Source of the DNA: a virus
Lineage: Duplodnaviria > Heunggongvirae > Uroviricota > Caudoviricetes
IMG/VR virus record: IMGVR_UViG_3300014204_000107
Location: 203,468-267,467 of that record
Reading direction: 5' to 3' (one strand)
DNA length: 64,000 nucleotides
The translations under genes and the position numbers were made by a program. Positions 60,482 through 64,000 of the stretch are shown here, one piece after another. Position 1 is the first letter of the stretch. Every line of letters begins with the position of its first letter. The notes under the pieces are model-generated. The model ran no database searches and was not told the DNA's origin. It worked only from the letters and a program-made list of their open reading frames with translations.

Positions 60482-61345
60482 ATGGGAATTAACTTAGACG
60501 CTGCAAAGCAAAAGTTGGATGACATGCAGAAAGCATCATCGGCAGGAAAACAAAACAAATTAATCTGGAAACCAAAACCAGGTAAGAATGTGATTAGAAT
60601 TGTGCCGTATCAATTTAATAAAGATTGGCCGTTTATCGAACTTTATTTCCACTATGATATTGGAAAAAAGAAATCGATGATTAGTTTAAAATCATTTGGC
60701 GAAAATGACCCGATTGTAAACTTTGCAGAAAAGCTACAGTCGAACGGAAACAAGGAAGATTGGAAATTAGGTAAAAAACTTGAGCCTAAAATTAGAATTT
60801 TTGCACCGATTATTGTGCGTGGGGAAGAAGGAGAAGGTGTTAGATTTTGGGGATTTGGCAAGCAGATTTATAAAGAATTACTTGCTATTTTAAACGAAGA
60901 AGATTACGGTGATATTACTGATTTAAACAACGGTAAAGATGTTACTGTAACATTTACTACTGCAAAGGAAGCAGGAAATGATTTTGGTGAAATTAAAATT
61001 ATGGTTAAGCCAAAAGATACCAAAGCAACTGAAGACAGGGACGTTGCGAATATGATCGTTAATGGGCAAACTAATATTGAGGAAGTTTTTCCACGCGTTG
61101 AATATGCTGAAATTAAAGCTGCGCTCGATGCATGGCTTAACGAAGGCACATCAGAGGACGAGGAAAACGTACCAGCTGCTAACTCAGTAACTGTAAATGA
61201 TGACCTCCCTTTTGATAAAGATGTTGACGATACACCTACTAAAGCTACAAGAGCTGCAAAGAGTGCATCAACGGCAACATCTAAAACTGGCACAAATGCC
61301 AACATAGATGCAGACTTAGATGAATTATTTGGTGGTAAAAAGTAA
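60482..61345 (+). CDS. Single-stranded DNA-binding protein (T4 gp32-like)
   Basis: WKP..G...IRIVP, YGDITD...G.D, acidic C-terminus DADLDELF; adjacent to recombinase. Confidence 0.8.
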   Translation: MGINLDAAKQKLDDMQKASSAGKQNKLIWKPKPGKNVIRIVPYQFNKDWPFIELYFHYDIGKKKSMISLKSFGENDPIVNFAEKLQSNGNKEDWKLGKKLEPKIRIFAPIIVRGEEGEGVRFWGFGKQIYKELLAILNEEDYGDITDLNNGKDVTVTFTTAKEAGNDFGEIKIMVKPKDTKATEDRDVANMIVNGQTNIEEVFPRVEYAEIKAALDAWLNEGTSEDEENVPAANSVTVNDDLPFDKDVDDTPTKATRAAKSASTATSKTGTNANIDADLDELFGGKK

Positions 61346-61350
61346 TTAAT

Positions 61351-62559
61351 ATGGCAAAAACTACTAATGGTAAATCCGGCAAGGCTTCGAAAGAAGCCTT
61401 GCCTGTTTTAGAAAAAAAGAATAACAGTTTAGACATATTAGCTACTGTTCTTAAAAATGAACTAGAAAAGCAATTTAAGGGAGAAAATGTATCCTATTAT
61501 TTAGATGGTTCAGAAGATACGCCAGCTGACGTATTAGATTGGATTTCTACTGGATCAACACTCTTAGATGTAGCAATATCAAATAGAATAGACGGAGGAC
61601 TACCTACTGGTCGTATAGTAGAATATACCGGACTTGAGGGGAGCGGAAAAAGTTTAGCTGCAGCACATGCAATTGCTAACACACAAAAAAAAGGTGGTAT
61701 TGGAATTTTAATAGACACAGAAAATTCTATTTCGAAAGAATATTTAACAGCAGTTGGTGTTGATTTAAATAAAATGTTATATGTTCAATTAGATACAGTT
61801 GAAGATATTTTTGATGCTATTGAAAAAGTAATATTAAAAGTCCGCACAGAATATCCAACTAAGCTTGTTACTATTGTTATTGACTCTTTAAGTGCTGCGT
61901 CTTCAAAAGTAGAAATGGAAGCTGGGTATGAAAAAGAAGGTTATGGAACAGCAAAGGCAGCATTAATTAGTTTGGCAATGAGAAAATTAACTTTGGTTAT
62001 TGCTAAATATCGTATTCTTCTTATTATTACTAACCAATTACGTTTTAAAGTTGGCCAAATGGTTGGGTTTGGTGGAGATCCATACACAACTTCAGGTGGC
62101 AAAGCCGTGGCATTTCACTCAAGTGTGAGGGTAAGATTTAAACAAGTTGGTAAGATTAAGGGGGATGTAAATGGCATTGAAAGAATAATTGGTGTTAATA
62201 GTATTGGTGAAGTAATAAAAAGTAGAGTTGGGCCACCACATGGTAAAGCAGAATTCAATATTTATTTTGCAAGTGGAATAGATGACTATGGCGGATGGTT
62301 TGATACGTTGAAAAAACATAAAATAATTACAGGCGGTGCAGCAGGTAAATATGAATTAATTGATGAATCTACTGGCGAAGTAATTGATATTAAATCAACA
62401 ACTTTTACTCAGAATATGAGAGACAATGAAGTAACGCGTAATAAAATAAAAGCAATATTATGTAATAAATTTATTATGCCATATTCAAATATTAATACTT
62501 TTGACTTAGATGCTGTTAAAGTAGCGGCACCAGAAGATGATGTTGCAGATGAATCATAA
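61351..62559 (+). CDS. uvsX: RecA/UvsX recombinase
   Basis: ISTGS..LD, GGLP.GRIVE..GLEGSGKS, IDTE, IDSL, NQLR, GGKA..FHSSVR. Confidence 0.92.
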   Translation: MAKTTNGKSGKASKEALPVLEKKNNSLDILATVLKNELEKQFKGENVSYYLDGSEDTPADVLDWISTGSTLLDVAISNRIDGGLPTGRIVEYTGLEGSGKSLAAAHAIANTQKKGGIGILIDTENSISKEYLTAVGVDLNKMLYVQLDTVEDIFDAIEKVILKVRTEYPTKLVTIVIDSLSAASSKVEMEAGYEKEGYGTAKAALISLAMRKLTLVIAKYRILLIITNQLRFKVGQMVGFGGDPYTTSGGKAVAFHSSVRVRFKQVGKIKGDVNGIERIIGVNSIGEVIKSRVGPPHGKAEFNIYFASGIDDYGGWFDTLKKHKIITGGAAGKYELIDESTGEVIDIKSTTFTQNMRDNEVTRNKIKAILCNKFIMPYSNINTFDLDAVKVAAPEDDVADES

Positions 62560-62624
62560 TAATTAATAAATAAATGTAGAATCCCTTGCTATTATGTAGT
62601 AGGGGATTCTTATTCTTGGAAAGT

Positions 62625-63653
62625 ATGGAAAATAGAATAAAAGAATTATTCAAAGATATTAATATTATCGATGATAATAAAAAGAGAGTATTAATAATCG
62701 ATGGTACAAATCGATTTATAGCTGCATTTAGTGCATTTGATCTTATAAATGAATCTGGATATCACATAGGTGGTTTATATGGATTTCTTGCGAGCATGTG
62801 TATAGCAATAAGAACAATACAACCAGATAAATTAGTAATAACGTTTGATGGCAAAGATGGCTCTCTACGCAGAAAAAAGATATATAGTGATTATAAAGCA
62901 CATAGCAGTCCTAAATATAAAATGCGTGACTTATCTTTTACAAGCGATAATGAAAAGGAGCAGTCAATGATACAACAGTTTAGACGACTTATAGAGTATT
63001 TAGATATGCTGCCAGTGCAAATTATATCATTAGATAATATAGAAGCGGACGATGTAATAGCATATTTAATTACAGATGTATATACTGAAGAAAGCACCGA
63101 ATGCTATGTTATGTCAACAGACAAAGATTTCTTACAGCTTATAAATGACAGGGTATTCGTTTGGCATCCACAACTAAAGAAAATAATAACAAAAGGAGAT
63201 ATATTGAAAGATTATTTCGTCACTCACCATAATTATATAATGTACAAGGTTTTGGTTGGAGACGTTTCTGATAATGTTAAAGGAATTAGAGGGATTGGCA
63301 GGAAGACAGCATCGAAATATTTTCCAATACTTAATGAAAATAGAGTTATAACCATTGATGATATGCTACAATATGCAAAGGATCATCAGCTCAAATACAA
63401 AATTTATGAGAATATATTAAAACAAAGAAAATTGCTTGAAATGAATTTCAAATTAATGCAGTTATCTGATGTTAATATATCTGGTATAACTAAACTTAAG
63501 ATACAAAGCATGATTAGAGATAATAAAAATACATTAAATCGGGCAAGAATAAACCAAATGTTTAAAGAAGATGGGTTGCTCGATAAAATAAAAGATCCAA
63601 TAGAATGGATAAATAAACATTTTTTAAAACTTAGCTTGCATACTGCAAGATAA
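62625..63653 (+). CDS. 5'-3' exonuclease / T4 RNase H-like flap endonuclease
   Basis: LIIDG, FDG, RKKIYSDYK, EADDVIA, STDKDFLQL, GDVSDNVKGIRGIG. ATG at 62625 is preferred over the upstream TTG. Confidence 0.9.
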   Translation: MENRIKELFKDINIIDDNKKRVLIIDGTNRFIAAFSAFDLINESGYHIGGLYGFLASMCIAIRTIQPDKLVITFDGKDGSLRRKKIYSDYKAHSSPKYKMRDLSFTSDNEKEQSMIQQFRRLIEYLDMLPVQIISLDNIEADDVIAYLITDVYTEESTECYVMSTDKDFLQLINDRVFVWHPQLKKIITKGDILKDYFVTHHNYIMYKVLVGDVSDNVKGIRGIGRKTASKYFPILNENRVITIDDMLQYAKDHQLKYKIYENILKQRKLLEMNFKLMQLSDVNISGITKLKIQSMIRDNKNTLNRARINQMFKEDGLLDKIKDPIEWINKHFLKLSLHTAR

Positions 63654-63666
63654 AGGAGAGATTATA

Positions 63667-64000
63667 ATGAAGAGAAAAGGAAAATTTACTATTTACAAAG
63701 ACATACAAAAACAATATAGATTTAATCTTAAAGGTAGCAATGGACGAATTATTGTATTTAGTGAAGGTTACCACAATAAAAAAGATTGTGTTAATGGTAT
63801 TAGCGTAGTTAAAGAATGGGCAATAAAATATACAAAAGATTCAGCACAAAATTATATTTGGGTGCGGAAATCAAAAAACGAACAATATTATTTTGTTATT
63901 AAATCTACAAATGGTAAGAAAGTAGCAATTAGTGAAACATATAAAACCCTAACTGCAGCAAAACATGGGCAAATTACTGTTAGTGAAATAGCAGCAGATG
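63667..64000 (+). CDS. YegP/DUF1508 tandem-domain protein, 3'-truncated
   Basis: KFTIYKD..QYRFNLKGSNGRII..SEGY..K..C.NGI..V and second repeat QYYFVIKSTNGKKVAISETY. Confidence 0.8.
   Translation, partial: MKRKGKFTIYKDIQKQYRFNLKGSNGRIIVFSEGYHNKKDCVNGISVVKEWAIKYTKDSAQNYIWVRKSKNEQYYFVIKSTNGKKVAISETYKTLTAAKHGQITVSEIAAD

Noticed and set aside
1-64000. Stop-codon reassignment (alternative genetic code)
   Set aside because: Core genes are full length in the standard code and coding density is high.
1-64000. tRNA, rRNA or group I introns
   Set aside because: Intergenic gaps are short and no cloverleaf or intron core was recognised. Insertions in portal and protease are in-frame inteins.

Overview
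This is a 64-kb, AT-rich, single-strand-coded (+) segment of a large T4-like myophage genome read in the standard genetic code. The host is probably Bacteroidota, inferred from a phage bS21 in the head cluster and a Bacteroidota-style lipoprotein. Gene order: tandem LamG protein, nucleotidyltransferase/ligase-like protein, membrane or lysis candidates, large terminase, portal (two inteins), prohead core, prohead protease (one intein), bS21, scaffold, major capsid protein, neck and tail-completion proteins, sheath, tube, tail chaperone with a probable programmed frameshift, tape measure, baseplate, PolA-like protein, SSB, RecA/UvsX, 5'-3' exonuclease, YegP. The most striking unexplained structure is a ~20-aa N-terminal leader, M-x-(K/L)-x-EL(K/R)QLI(K/R)E..., shared by at least 17 otherwise unrelated ORFs scattered among the virion genes. 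It usually ends in an (L/I)-x-E motif matching the T4 gp21 prohead-protease cleavage rule. I interpret it, as inference, as a capsid-targeting/cleavage tag that loads interchangeable cargo into the head: an RMF-like peptide, a SET methyltransferase plus kinase, a Pol-beta-type nucleotidyltransferase and several unknown domains. One cassette is flanked by a 32-nt direct repeat. Other points of note: a Pro-initiated class-3-like intein, homing endonucleases or a remnant after each major structural gene, a recurring TAT(T/A)TAT(T/A) intergenic motif, and three homopolymer frameshifts that may be sequencing errors.
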